Source: the human T2T-CHM13v2.0 reference genome, Homo sapiens
Assembly (NCBI RefSeq): GCF_009914755.1
Contig: NC_060934.1
Direction: 5' to 3' (one strand)
DNA length: 64,000 bases
Part shown: one piece after another, positions 1-23,728 of the stretch
Layout of the letters: each line of letters opens with the position of its first letter
How positions within the stretch are numbered: the stretch's first letter is position 1
Notes under the pieces: model-generated
Told to the model about the DNA's origin: nothing
The model's database searches: none
What the model saw: the letters and a program-made list of their open reading frames with translations, nothing else
Position numbers and translations under genes: made by a program

Positions 1-477
<477 letters not shown>

Positions 478-999
478 TCACCTCTCACTTTAAATGAAGA
501 GTGTCTACAGCTGCCAGGTGCACATAAAATATCCATGTTTCATGCTTTACCAGTTTTATTACCCAGCTGATAAATTCAGACTTTCAGGGAGGTTTAGGTT
601 GACCAGGTGAGTTGTTTAAAATTGCTGCCAGCATCTTTTGTAACTTTCTTAAAAATCAGTTTCATATAGAGAAGGTTTTTGAAATGTCTTTGTCTAATCC
701 CCACATGGTTAAGGAGGGGTTAAGGCCAAGTGCTGTATCCTAAATATGGGTTATATAATAGGAAGCAATCTGAACTTAAGTTGTTTTTTGTTGTTGTTTT
801 AATGAAAAGTTAATGTCCTCATTATGGAAAATTTGATACATATGAAAAGAATACAGAAGAAAAAGTCAACCATAATCCCACCATCTACAGATAATTGCTG
901 TTTAGGATTTAAAAAGATATCTCCTCCTAGTTTGATTTTCTGTGCATCTATTTACAGTGTCATAGTTTATATATACACTTTCGTACTTCGTTTTTATAC

Positions 1000-1660
1000 T
1001 AGGGCTTCTTAACAGTCGCACTCCTGAATTTGAGGTAGGATGATTCCTTGCCCCAGGGGTCTGTCCTGTGTATTTCAGGATGTTCAGCAGCACTCTGGCC
1101 TCTACTAGCCATCACCCCCTGTTCTGTGAAAGGGCCGTATATGCAAAATGACCCGCAAACACTGAAGGAGCTGCGAAACCAATGAATGAGGGAGACAAAT
1201 CCAGTTTGTCAGTAGAGGGTGATTTTACAGACAGAAGCATAGTTTGGGGCAGCAGTAAGACAGGGAAAGGCCTGCATTCTTACTCCCAGACCCAGGGCTA
1301 ATCTATCATAGGGAAGGGGTGTATGTGCTTTGTGCAGGACAGTTGAAGGCAGCTTTCCAGAACATGCAAGAATGCTGTGTGTCACAGCCTGTTATTTGTG
1401 TAATAGCATCAACGTTGCTTGGATCTCAGGGCAGGATTTATGGCGAGTACATGTTCTTACACTAAGGACTGTAAATAAAGCAGGAATCAGGAGGTATCCC
1501 TGAGACCAGGGTTGAGCAGAAGTCAACATGGTAGATTAGCATCCAAGATGGAGTCACTTTGGTCTCCACCTTGGCCCCTAGTTGTGGCAACCAAAAATGT
1601 CTCTAGATATTGCCAAATGTCTTGGGTGGGGGCTAAAATCACCCCTAGTTTAGAACTGCT
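1000..1660 (-). mobile_element. MER20 (hAT) split into about 1000-1119 and about 1571-1660
   Basis: gttgtggcaaccaaaaatgtctctagatattgccaaatgt and ctgtcctgtg...ggatgttcagcagca...ggcctctac match the reverse-complemented MER20 consensus. Confidence 0.7.
1120..1570 (-). mobile_element. Solo ERV LTR (subfamily not assigned)
   Basis: On -, begins GTGGAGACCAAAGTGACTCCATCTTGGATGCTAATC (ERV1-type LTR start) and ends ...CACAGAACA; about 450 bp. Confidence 0.6.
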
Positions 1661-2239
1661 ATTTTATATTTAGTTTTATGACATAAGTACTTCTTCCATG
1701 TTATTACAGATTGAGTAAGCATAATTTTTAGTGGCCATGTAATATTCCATTGTGGATATCATCTTCAGTCTTACATTGAGAAGAGTGACCTTGGCTGTCT
1801 TTAGTATATAGAGCTTTGCAAAATCATTCTACGACCAGGCAGGTATAATATTCCATAATCTACTGGTGGGAGTGTTTTTTAAATTGTGGTAAAAGTATAG
1901 AAAATATGCCATCTTCATCATTTTTAGATGTGCAGTTTAGTAACATTAGGAATGTTCACATTGTTGTACCACCACACTCCATAAGCGATGTATTTACTAG
2001 TGAATGCACCAAGTGATGATTTGTTGTTTTTATTTTTATTTTCACTTTCTGGTTCTTTTAATTATTTTTTTTATTAACCCTTATCTATGTGATGGAATGT
2101 TTTTCTTTTTATTTTCTTTTTAATAAACAGCTTTACCTTGAAGATATGCTTGTTTTTGTTGAAGAACATAAGAATAGTTTTTAAAAAAGTATTGCAAGCA
2201 GTAAGTGAATACCTTGTAAATTAAGTGCACACTTTATAC

Positions 2240-4490
<2,251 letters not shown>

Positions 4491-4939
4491 CACTAGGTTC
4501 CTTTCTTGTCATATATTACGTTTTTTTCCCCCCGATTTTATATCATTATAAAGAATGCTACAATGAAGGCTATCACACCGTTCTGTAACTTTTTGATAGA
4601 ATGAATTTCTAGAAGTTCAACTGTTGGGTCACAAGATAGGCATACTGAAATTTTTGATAGAGAAAGCTAAATTATCTTCCAAAACAGTTGTTTGATTTTA
4701 CACTCTCAGCGACAGTATATGAGAATGACCATTTCTCTTTCAACAGTGGATATTATTAGTATTTTAGTCTTTGTTAGTCAGAGAGGTAAAAGCTGGCATC
4801 AGTTATTTAATTTTGATTTCTTTATAGATTGGTGAGTTTGAACATTGTTTTCTGTTTTTATGGAACATTTGTATTTCTTCTATAAGTGGAGTTTTATTAG
4901 TGTGTTAGATTCCTTTTGTTGTAAGTAATAGGAAACTAG

Positions 4940-5043
4940 ATGCTTTCGTAGTCCGTAGATGTGATGATTGGATCTTCACGCTCGTGTGTGAGATGTGCCT
5001 CTCTCCAGCCTTGTTAGGATGTTGGAACATTACCCATCTGACA
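4940..5043 (+). pseudogene. U13 (SNORD13-like) snoRNA retrocopy
   Basis: Colinear with U13 (ATsCTTTyGTAGT...GTGATGATTGG...GTGTGAGATGTGCC...CCTTGTTA...ACATTACCC.TCTGAC); A-rich tail at 5046-5063; aataggaaa repeated at 4927-4935 and 5095-5103. Confidence 0.88.
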
Positions 5044-5189
5044 TGAAAAGAAAAAAGAAAAAACATTGTTTTAAATAAAGGAGAAAAATTAAGGAATAGG
5101 AAATCACTGACTAGCTTAAACAGAAACATGATACTTGCTGGAAGGATACTGGTTATTTTTTGGAATCTACAGTGGAGATGAACAGCTAA

Positions 5190-8664
<3,475 letters not shown>

Positions 8665-8734
8665 TATAGTACTTTTTATTCAGGGCATTGCTGCAGGATT
8701 GTGTTAATAAATGAGAACTTTTCTTAGCAAGTAG

Positions 8735-9010
<276 letters not shown>

Positions 9011-9127
9011 TAATGCAATTAAAGAGCATTCTCCAAATTTGAGAGTGCTCGTGGTAAAGATGTTTTCTCTAGTCTTTTCTTGTCTTTGGTGGTAAGCGTG
9101 CTCTCCTTTCCCCCCAACTTTCATCAG

Positions 9128-9237
9128 TGTTTGGTATGATCATTACCATTGGGCAAGCCATTGTGTATGTCATGACGGGGATGTATGGGGACCCTGCAGA
9201 AATGGGTGCCGGAATCTGTCTCCTGATCATCATTCAG
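9128..9237 (+). CDS. SEC61A2: SEC61A2 exon 6 ([37 protein letters not shown])
   Basis: catcag|TG...CAG|gtaaga; 110 nt; follows a 125-nt intron. Confidence 0.98.
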
Positions 9238-9499
9238 GTAAGAAATCCTATATTTTCCTATGCAGATAACAAAACAGTTTGATTCCTTTTTCCTTTTCTA
9301 ACAGTTCTTTAGGTGATTGGCTTATTCATTTTCTTACTTTTGAATTATTTAATTCTAGTATTTTGATCACTGAAGTGATACGTGTAAAATTTTTTTAAAA
9401 CCTTCTGTCACCGTGACGTGTTCAAGTTGTGTTGACGTGAAAAATTCAAATTTATTCTAATAGCTTCATAACTGCACAATACAAAGAATTATGGATCAA

Positions 9500-9956
9500 T
9501 TGTATTTTATTGATTCTTAAGATACACATTTGTCACATTTTGATGTCTCTAGAATCAGGATGTTTTTGTACAGTAAACAGTGCCTTCCACTTGCGGTCTG
9601 CCAGGAGGCAGTCATGGTGGTGTCACTGCCTGTGCGTGTGTCAGCCTGTTCAGGTCATGCTGACCTTAGTTGGCTGAGTGTGATCTTCACAGAATGGGTG
9701 TTTGAGTTCAATCGCTGTCTAAAGGTGTTCAGAAAATCTGTTGTGATTTGTTATTGAAATGAAAGTTTATGTATAGAAGGGCAAGCTAGATGATAAATAT
9801 CTACCACTAGGTCTAAAATACGTTTTTGTAAGTAGAAAATTAAAATTCTTTGCAATAAGGTATTGTGCCATAAGTTAATTGGCAGTATTCTTTTCTTAGT
9901 AGTACACAAAATAATGATGTTTTACATGGTAATGTCTTAGAGTCAGTGAAACACTG
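9500..9956. mobile_element. Kanga1/MER104-like TcMar-Tc2 DNA transposon remnant
   Basis: Degenerate terminal inverted repeats tgtattttattgattcttaagat ... gtcttagagtcagtgaaacactg. Confidence 0.55.
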
Positions 9957-10047
9957 TTTATACACACATAAATATATTCCATGGGTTTTTTAAATGGATG
10001 CTTAGGAATGGAATTTTTAAAGGTCAACATAATTATTAGTGTCCTAA

Positions 10048-12388
<2,341 letters not shown>

Positions 12389-15011
12389 TCACTTGATTGG
12401 CAAATTTACAGCCCTTGGGAATTAGGGAAAGAGGCGCATTGGATGGGGAGAGATGATATTCTGGAGTCTGATTTTAGTATCTTTCAGGGCTTAGGGTTTC
12501 TCTTCGTATGCTTTAGGCATTGTTGAGGTTATGGACAGGCCAATTGTTGCCTTCAGTTTTGTTTCTTTACAGCATTTTCTTTCTGCAATCCAGAGTTTAG
12601 AATAATCTTGATTTTTAGAAGACACTTAGAACTGGCATGTAGCTCGTAGAACATTATACATCAAGAAAAGCTCTCTAGTATCTTACTTAAGGATCTATTC
12701 AGATTCCTAAGGAATCTCCACTGAGCGATTCTCAGCCAGCTAGCTACAGGATTGACTTCTTACAGAGTCAGTTATGGATTGAAATTGATATAAAATAGAG
12801 TTAAGCTATTTTGCTGTTCATTTTCAGTATTCAGAAATCAGAAATACTTACAGTCCAAGAATGAAACAAGTGAAGTGGATGTACACTGATTCATTTACAT
12901 GAATTCTGATACACAAATATGCGTGTTATGGCTAATTCTTCTAATGTTAATATATAAAGAGGGGTGTCATGTTTGATTGTAGGTGGGCAGTGACCCATTG
13001 GTGTCTTTTCAAGGCGTTACTAACATTGAAAATATGTGGATACACTGAAGAGCTATGATTGGATCAGTGTGTTTCACCCAGAAACATAGGTTTTGAAAAC
13101 TGTTTGCATGCCGTTGTGGAAGGTATTTCTCACCTTATTTGTTTATGTTTCATTCACGTGGTTAGTGTTTTTCAGCTAGTGAGTTTAGAAATCTACATAG
13201 CAGGTCTTGACTAAAAATTTTAAAAAACTATTAGAGAATATCAGTGTGCATGGCACATAATAAAGGTAAGTATGTTTTGACATACTGAACAAAAGATAGT
13301 TTGACAAAACTAAGTTGTGTGTAGGTGTCGTGCAGGGTTAAAATGTTAAGTGCCATGTTTATACCGGCTCATCATACATGTCGTCCATTCCCCGTGAACA
13401 TGTAGCAGTTAGGGTTCTGGTCCCATCACTGTAGACGCTGCTGTCACTTCCTGGGTTCTCATCCCTTTTCACAGGCATGCATGATATTTACTGGCTTTTA
13501 TTCCCTTAATTATAGAAACCGTTTCTCATTTCTGTATAATTTCTTCCTCCCTTTGGAAAAACCCAAGTTTAATTTTCACAGGACATATGTGACCCACTCT
13601 GTAGTCCGATGGTCACTGTTCTGAACAGGGGGTGTGGAGAATTAGAGTTGTTTCAGAGCTGCTGTGGGACTCTGGAGAGGTCATTTCTCAAGGCCCATCA
13701 CGATGCTTTCTGTGGCTGATGTTCATGGACGGCTGTTGCCTCCTGCATAGGATGGGTTTCTCTATGATGGGGAGTCTCTGTTCACTAATTACATGATTGT
13801 GGTTAAATAGAATCGGTAGTAAGTCCTAACCTCTACATTATTTTGTCAAAATGTCGAACTTGGTTTTCAAGCAGTAAAGGATTAGCATGATCTCTCTTAG
13901 AAGTTTGGAGAATCGTACCCTTTCTCCTGCCCATTGAAACTCAGACTAAAAGCCTGTAAATAGACAAGTTAGGCTCTGTCCAACTACTGAAATGGCAGTT
14001 AAGGAGAAAAACAACACTGTGTAAGGTAAGCATGCCTAAAATGGTCTCATGTGGTTACTTTGGTCGCTCTTCCAGCAGGTGATATTGGATAAAGTGAGTA
14101 CAAAATGAGGGTGGGCGGCTTGAGAGCTGGGAGGAATGGAAGTGACTTCCTCACTTCTGCCGGAGGGTGTCTTTAAAGTGGGGACATGTGTGAGGTTGGG
14201 GGCATGGAAGCATATTTTCTTCCTGTCTTGATTAGGTTATTTGAGTGCAGGGAAGGGGTCATATGACTGAGGAGGTCACTTGAAGGGCTAGGGACTGTTT
14301 TTAATTAATGCATACTTTTACAGGAATGTCTTCTCCAAGAAGCAAGTTCAGAATTTTCAATATCCCATAAATTAAAGTCAGTATGCTTTCATTTTTAAAA
14401 ACAATATGAGCTTAACCTTAACCGTCTTCAAATTTACATTCAATCTTTGTCACTATGTGTATAGAATGCATTTTTACATTGCTGCTCGAGTACGTATTTG
14501 AGTACATATTTGTGTTCTAGTTTTTTATTCTGTACGCATTTTATAGAGTATACATATATATAATATATATAATGCTTTTTTCAAAGGATCAACACAGCCC
14601 TTAGACTTATCCTTTGATGGCAGTGTACATTTCCATCTTGCTATTATACCAGAATTCATCTGACTTTTTACTTCCTTGGAGGTATTTGGGATGTTTTCAG
14701 TTTCTTGCTGTCATAAATTCTAGAATACTGTGATCATTTTTTGTTTCAGTGTGCTTTTCAAACAGGCTTTATTTAAACATTGCAAAAGAAACTATTCAGA
14801 TAAGTGTAAATAGACTTTAAAAGTTGAAATGTCTGCTTTATAATACAACAGTATTTCCAGTCCTCTTACTGTTCTAGATTGGCCTGAGTAAATGAAAGCA
14901 GGCCAAAAGATGCAGTTGGTCATCACAGTGAGATTGCAACGATCAGGCCTTAATATTCAAAACGCCCCTAGCTTGGAAATAGCCAATGGTGTTCCTCTCC
15001 CCCTTTCTTGA

Positions 15012-15344
<333 letters not shown>

Positions 15345-16182
15345 TAATGAGCAGAGATTTGTGGAGTAAGCAATACTACCTCAGAGAGAATAGTATCAAA
15401 ATTTTAGCCTCTGCTTATTTAAAATTTCAGTGGTTGCAAACAGATTTTCAAAATTTCTTTTGTTAACCTTGCTTAAGGCATTGCTGCAGAAGTCATTTAT
15501 TTGACTGATTTCAGCATCCGTAGGGGGATAAAAAGGTAGTGGATTTTAGATTTTTCAAATGAAAAGACTGTTGTTCATTGAATCCACCTGGAGCACTCCT
15601 ACTCTGCTGCTCTTCTAATTGGCTTTGTAATAGCACCAAAGTTTTGAAATATTTCATTCTCTCTTTCCCCTTCCTCATCTCCACTTCTAACAGATACTGT
15701 CCTAAGTGGTTAATACCTAAACTCTGATCCCAGCCTTAAGAAAACTGTAATGATGATTAATGTTCTTGGTGCGGTAAACTTCGAGGCAGGCTCGATAGAG
15801 TGACATCTGTCTCTTATTCTGACATCTCTGCTCTGCTTCGCTGCTGTTTATTTTTCCTAAAAACACTCTCTCCCTTCCCTGAAGTAGAGGAGAGGCAAAT
15901 CTCTATGAATGAAATTTTGCTTTGGTAAATTTTACGTTGTATGTTTTCTTCAAGAATAGTCTCTTGAGAAAACTTCGGATTTATGCTATAAAAACATAGA
16001 TTTGCCTCAATGATCTAAATATTTGTAGAACCTGCTCACATGGCTATATCATAAAGCAAACATTGGCGAATTCTTTTGACCCATATTTTCTGCTGTATAC
16101 TGGACTTTCACGGTTAGTTGTTTGAGCTTTGGGACAGCTTTGGACGATGAGTCCACAGGTCGTGTCTGTCTTGATTTTACAG

Positions 16183-16343
16183 GTACTGAGTTTGAGGGTG
16201 CAGTCATAGCTCTGTTCCATTTGTTGGCCACCAGGACGGACAAAGTCCGAGCTTTACGGGAGGCTTTTTATCGGCAGAACTTACCCAATCTCATGAACCT
16301 CATTGCTACAGTTTTTGTGTTTGCTGTTGTTATATATTTCCAA
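16183..16343 (+). CDS. SEC61A2: SEC61A2 exon 8 ([53 protein letters not shown])
   Basis: ttacag|GT...CAA|gtaagt; 161 nt. Confidence 0.98.
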
Positions 16344-16738
16344 GTAAGTATAACCTTTTCACCAAAGTAAGTGGGATGTAGATTTTTATTTTGCTCTTAA
16401 AGAGAATGCCATCTGACATGCTGTTGTTTAACAAGTCAGGGTTTAAGATCAAGGGAAATAAAATTTTGCAATTAGAGTCTCCAGACTCTGATTTTAAGGT
16501 GTGAAATATTGGAGTCTCTGTACTTTTTTTGTTTTTTGTTTTGACCCATCAGCAGGAAGCAGACTCTCGACAGTTTAAAAGGCAGAACGTCTTTGTTAGC
16601 ATTGTCTTTTCTTTTCTTTTTTTTTCCTGAGACGGAGTTTTGCTCTTGTTGCCCAGGCTGGAGTGCAGTGGCGCGATCTTAGCTCACTCTAACCTCCTCT
16701 TCCCGAGTTCAAGTGATTCTCCTGCCTCAGCTTCCTGA

Positions 16739-16907
<169 letters not shown>

Positions 16908-17184
16908 TAGCTGGGACTACAGGTGCATATCACCACACCCAGCTAATTTTTTGTATTTTAGTAGAGATGAGATTTCACCACGTTGGCCAGGATGGTCTCG
17001 ATCTCCTGACCTCGTGATCTGCCCGCCTCGGCCTCCCAAAGTGTTGGGATTACAGGCCTGAGCCCCTGTGCCCGGCCGGCATTGTCTTTTCATCCCCCGC
17101 ACTGTTCTTTGTTTTCCCTCTCTGGTCTCTGTTCTTTTCTTAATGTGTCTGGCTCCCCCACTTACTCTCCGTTTCCTTTTTTAG

Positions 17185-17382
17185 GGATTTCGCGTTGATC
17201 TGCCCATTAAGTCGGCCCGTTACCGAGGACAGTACAGCAGCTACCCCATCAAACTCTTCTACACCTCCAACATCCCCATCATCCTCCAGTCGGCCCTGGT
17301 GTCCAACCTGTATGTTATTTCCCAGATGCTGTCTGTTCGATTTAGTGGCAACTTTTTAGTAAATTTACTAGGACAGTGGGCC
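17185..17382 (+). CDS. SEC61A2: SEC61A2 exon 9 ([66 protein letters not shown])
   Basis: ttttag|GGA...GCC|gtgagt; 198 nt. Confidence 0.98.
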
Positions 17383-18177
17383 GTGAGTATTATGTTTATT
17401 TACATTATTTATAGTTTATTATAATTTGCATTTCATGGTTGTATTTTTAATGGAATGAGGTCGACATTGGAGCATTTGCTGTATTTTCAGATTCACTTAC
17501 CTATATAGCAGAGTTTAGTACTTATCTGGAAGAACTGGTAAGTGTTGCAGAAGTAAGATTGCCCAAGCGCTTTTTATTATTTTGCTCTCTAGGAAGCACT
17601 TTCACATCTCATTTGAATGACCTTTTAAGCTAAAATTGTGGTTGATTTCATAAAAGTAATTTCCTATTTTGTCATCTTATTCCAGTATTGTCTACAATAA
17701 TGCTTTCTAAAAGATGCTATTTGCTGGCTGGGTGCGGTGGCTCACTCCTGTAATCCCAGGACTTTGGGAGGCTGAGGTGGGTGGATCACCTGAGGTCAGG
17801 AGTTCGAGACCAGCCTGGCCACATGGTGAAACCCCGTCTCCACTAAAAATACAAAAATTAGCCAGGTGTGGTGGCAGGTGCTTGTAGTCCCAACCATTCA
17901 GGAGGTCAAGTCAGGAGAATTGCTGGAACCCAGGAGATGGAGGTTGCTGTGAGCTGAGATCACGCCACTGCACTCCAGCCTGGGCGACAGAACGAGACTC
18001 CGTCTCCAAAAAATAAAAACAAAAAATGCTATTTGCTGCTGCTAACATGTGAGATACTGGACTCATCCTAACCTTTCCTATCTCCCACCCTGCCTCCAGG
18101 CCTCCTCCATTTTTCATGGTCTGAATGGCAATAAACCAGCTTGTGATGAGCTGGGCTAGAGATAGGCATGCTATTAA

Positions 18178-18450
<273 letters not shown>

Positions 18451-20206
18451 TAATTGTGTTAGCCAGGATGGTCTCGATCTCCTGACCTTGTGATCTGCCC
18501 GACTCAGCCTCCCAAATTGCTGGGATTACAGGCGTGAGCCACCACACTCGGCCCATAATTTTTTCTAAAGCCATCTAGCCACGCTGTTATTGAAGCGTGA
18601 GTTACTGTGGGACTGAATTTTCATTGGTTTAAATTCTGTCACCTAACAAAGGGGTATTTTCCCTCTTAAAATTATAGATTTTAGCCAGGCGTGTTGGCTC
18701 TCATCTGTAATCCCAGCACTTTGGGAGAACAAGGAGAGAGGATAGCTTGAAGGCCAGGAGTTGGAGACCTGTCTGGGCAACATAGCGAGACCCCATCTCT
18801 ACAAAAAAACTTAAAAACTAGCCGGGCACAGTGTTACGTGCCTGTAGTCCTAGCTACTTGGGAGGCTGAGTTGGGAGGATTGCTTGAGCCCAGGAGTTTG
18901 AAGGTACAGTGAGCTGTGATCATACCACTGCATGCCAGCCTGGTTGACAGAGTGAGACCGTGTCTCAAAAATAATAGAATTTTAAAAGACTAATGTCCTT
19001 TATTCTTTGCCACAGTAGGTAATTCTAGAATTTGCACCCCACCAAAGAATAGTATTTTTCTGTACAGTTATTCTTGAAATATGGTGTTTATTCTGTGCAT
19101 TTGTCTTAATATGCTTTTTTTTTGCATTATAAGTTACAAAGACTCATACCTTTCTGCTTTTACTGAATGTCATTTAAAAAAAAGGTTTTTTTAAGATAAT
19201 AAGACAGTAACTCATATATTAGTTGAAGGGAATAGGATTCCCTTTATTCATAATACTTCTTTCCCATTCATTTAAGAGAAATGTGATGATCTCTGTTGTA
19301 TTCTGGCTAATATTATATCGAGGACAGGAAAGTCAAGAGACAGGAATAAGAAGAATGCTGTTTCTGCCCTCCTTAGAATAGTCCAGCAGCAGCTATTACT
19401 CTGATCAGAATGTCATAGTGATAGTGCTTTGAGTAGTTGGTCCTGTACAATTTGTGTTATGATTTTGAGTAAGATTCTTCTGAATGAGAGAATGATTGGG
19501 AGATAGTGCTTTTGATCTGGGATTAATGATTCTAGGGGCACAGTAAAGAAATCATTGGGCAGTCATAAATTCAAGAACCAGATACTGTAATCATCGCAAC
19601 TAAAAATTGGTTTCTCACCCCCTATCTGTATACCCCAAAACTTTATTTAATATGAGCAAATAATGCTGTTCCTATTTCTGTAAGATTTAAGTATATAGAT
19701 AAAAATCCAATTATTATATTTATTAAAAGATTGCTCCTTATAACATAGAAACCACATAAAGTCTAGGCAGCAAGTTAAAGTCTTATGTCAGTATTTTAGT
19801 TGATTGCATTAATATTTTCATATGGAAGGATCATTCATAGGGATCTTAATGTACTGACTGGATACTCTCATAGCTCAGAAAATTTCAGATTTTAAGTATA
19901 ATCAGAGGTTGATTGTAAATGTAATCATATTCCTATTTTCAGTAATGGAAGATTTTGTAATATATTACAATTTTTAAAAATGACTCAATATTTTCACAGT
20001 GTCTTGCATGTAATAGGTGTTCATCGTATAACTTTGAAGGAGTGAAGGTAGTAGACACAAAAGTACATTCTGAAACTACATAGAATGACTAGCTGTAGAT
20101 GCCTTGAACTTAAAACACTGTCATTTCTGAGAAGTTTGAAGTGACATGCAAATGTATTCCTGACTAATTAGGTTGACCACTTGTTCTTTGTACTCCTGTT
20201 CTGTAG

Positions 20207-20398
20207 GATGTCAGTGGGGGAGGACCCGCACGTTCTTACCCAGTTGGAGGCCTTTGTTACTATCTTTCTCCTCCTGAGTCCATGGGCGCCATCTTTGAGG
20301 ATCCTGTCCATGTCGTTGTTTATATCATCTTCATGTTGGGGTCATGTGCATTCTTCTCTAAGACATGGATTGAAGTGTCTGGTTCCTCAGCCAAAGAT
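20207..20398 (+). CDS. SEC61A2: SEC61A2 exon 10 ([64 protein letters not shown])
   Basis: ctgtag|GAT...GAT|gtaagt; 192 nt. Confidence 0.98.
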
Positions 20399-20831
20399 GT
20401 AAGTGTTTGGTTTATTTTAAAATAAAACTCTTGGCAATGCATGGTGGCGCACATCTGTAATCGTAGCACTTTGGGAGGCTGAGGCCGCTGGATCGCTTCA
20501 CCTCAGGAGTTTTGAGACCAGCCTGGGCAACATAGCGAGACCCCGTCATGACTAAAAAAATACAAATAAAAATCGGCCGGGCACGGTGGTGCAAGCCCGT
20601 GGTCCCAGCTACTTGGGAAGTTGAGACGGAGCAGTAACGCTTGAGTCCGGGAGGTGGAGGTTGCAGTGAGCCAAGATTGCACCACTGCACTCCAGCCTGG
20701 GTGACAGACCGAGATCCTGTCTCAAAAAAATAAAAAAGGCCAGGCGCAGTGGTTCACGCCTGTAATCCCAGCACTTCGGGAGGCCGAGGTGGGCAGATCC
20801 CATGGGTAGGAGATCGAGACCATCCTGGTCA

Positions 20832-21100
<269 letters not shown>

Positions 21101-21489
21101 TCAAAACAGTAGTGGATACACTCCTTTATAACTTAAGCTTTAATTTATACATTTTTAATGAGTCAGTGTCACCCCAACAGGCTAAAAATTGGTTCCCAAA
21201 AGGTAAAAAATTCTTAGATATTACAGTGGTTTGCAACCCTCCTGCAAAACAAAATCTTGTTTGGTAATTGAAGAAGGGTTGAGAAGCACCGGTTTCATAT
21301 GGGTAACATGGAGCGGAGGAGCACTGAAGCTTTGGTTTCCTCAGGCTTAATGCGAATGATATGACAATGCAACTTTCAGGTTATTGTATGTTACGTGTTA
21401 GTGTGTGGCGAGCACTTCGCATAGAACGTGGTAGATGTAAGCAGTGAAATGTTCCAGTTGGATTTTGAAAGTCGTTTTTCTCTCGGCAG

Positions 21490-21566
21490 GTAGCTAAACA
21501 GCTGAAAGAACAGCAGATGGTAATGAGGGGCCACCGAGATACCTCTATGGTTCATGAGCTTAATAG
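21490..21566 (+). CDS. SEC61A2: SEC61A2 exon 11 ([26 protein letters not shown], cytosolic loop 8/9)
   Basis: cggcag|GTA...AAT AG|gtaagg; 77 nt. Confidence 0.98.
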
Positions 21567-21792
21567 GTAAGGCTGCTAGACTGACACCTTTATAGGCCTG
21601 TGTTTGTGTTTCAGTCTTTCAGTGTTGGCTAAATGTTTTTCTTTGTTCAAGTTCATATTTAAAACCCTTCTATTCACACAGATGAATCAAAATTTCACAC
21701 AAAACTTGTTTTCCATGTCAAAACCAACACCTGAATTTTTCATTGAAATTGTGAGCACTGCTCTGCTCATCCCAGTGATAAAATCTTGCAGA

Positions 21793-23157
<1,365 letters not shown>

Positions 23158-23521
23158 AATGGATCCTCAAAATCTTATGACATAAATTTGTTCATACCTA
23201 CTCTTCATTCCACAAGAGGGAACGAAAGGTTACTCATTTAAAAATCTTAAACATTTTAATATTTAAATCTGTCCAGGAATCTCATGTCCTGTAAGATTAC
23301 ATATTGTCTTTCTTGGCTGTTGACTGGTTCCTGGAAATTAGGGTCAGAGTCTTTGCCTGGATCAGAGCTCCTGTTCCCATGCCGTGCCCTGCACACCCCT
23401 CCACACTGCAGCCTGTTCCCTCTGGAGTTCAGGGAGGCTTTAGACCCAGCTATGGCTGCTGCGCCTCTACCTGTCTTCGTCTCTAGCTGCCGTGCTGTTC
23501 CTGGTCTCTGCTGCCGCCTAA

Positions 23522-23728
<207 letters not shown>

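Noticed and set aside
21380-21436. Possible cassette exon upstream of SEC61A2 exon 11 (ctttcag|...GAT|gtaagc)
   Set aside because: It would leave a 53-nt intron, below the usual minimum for human splicing
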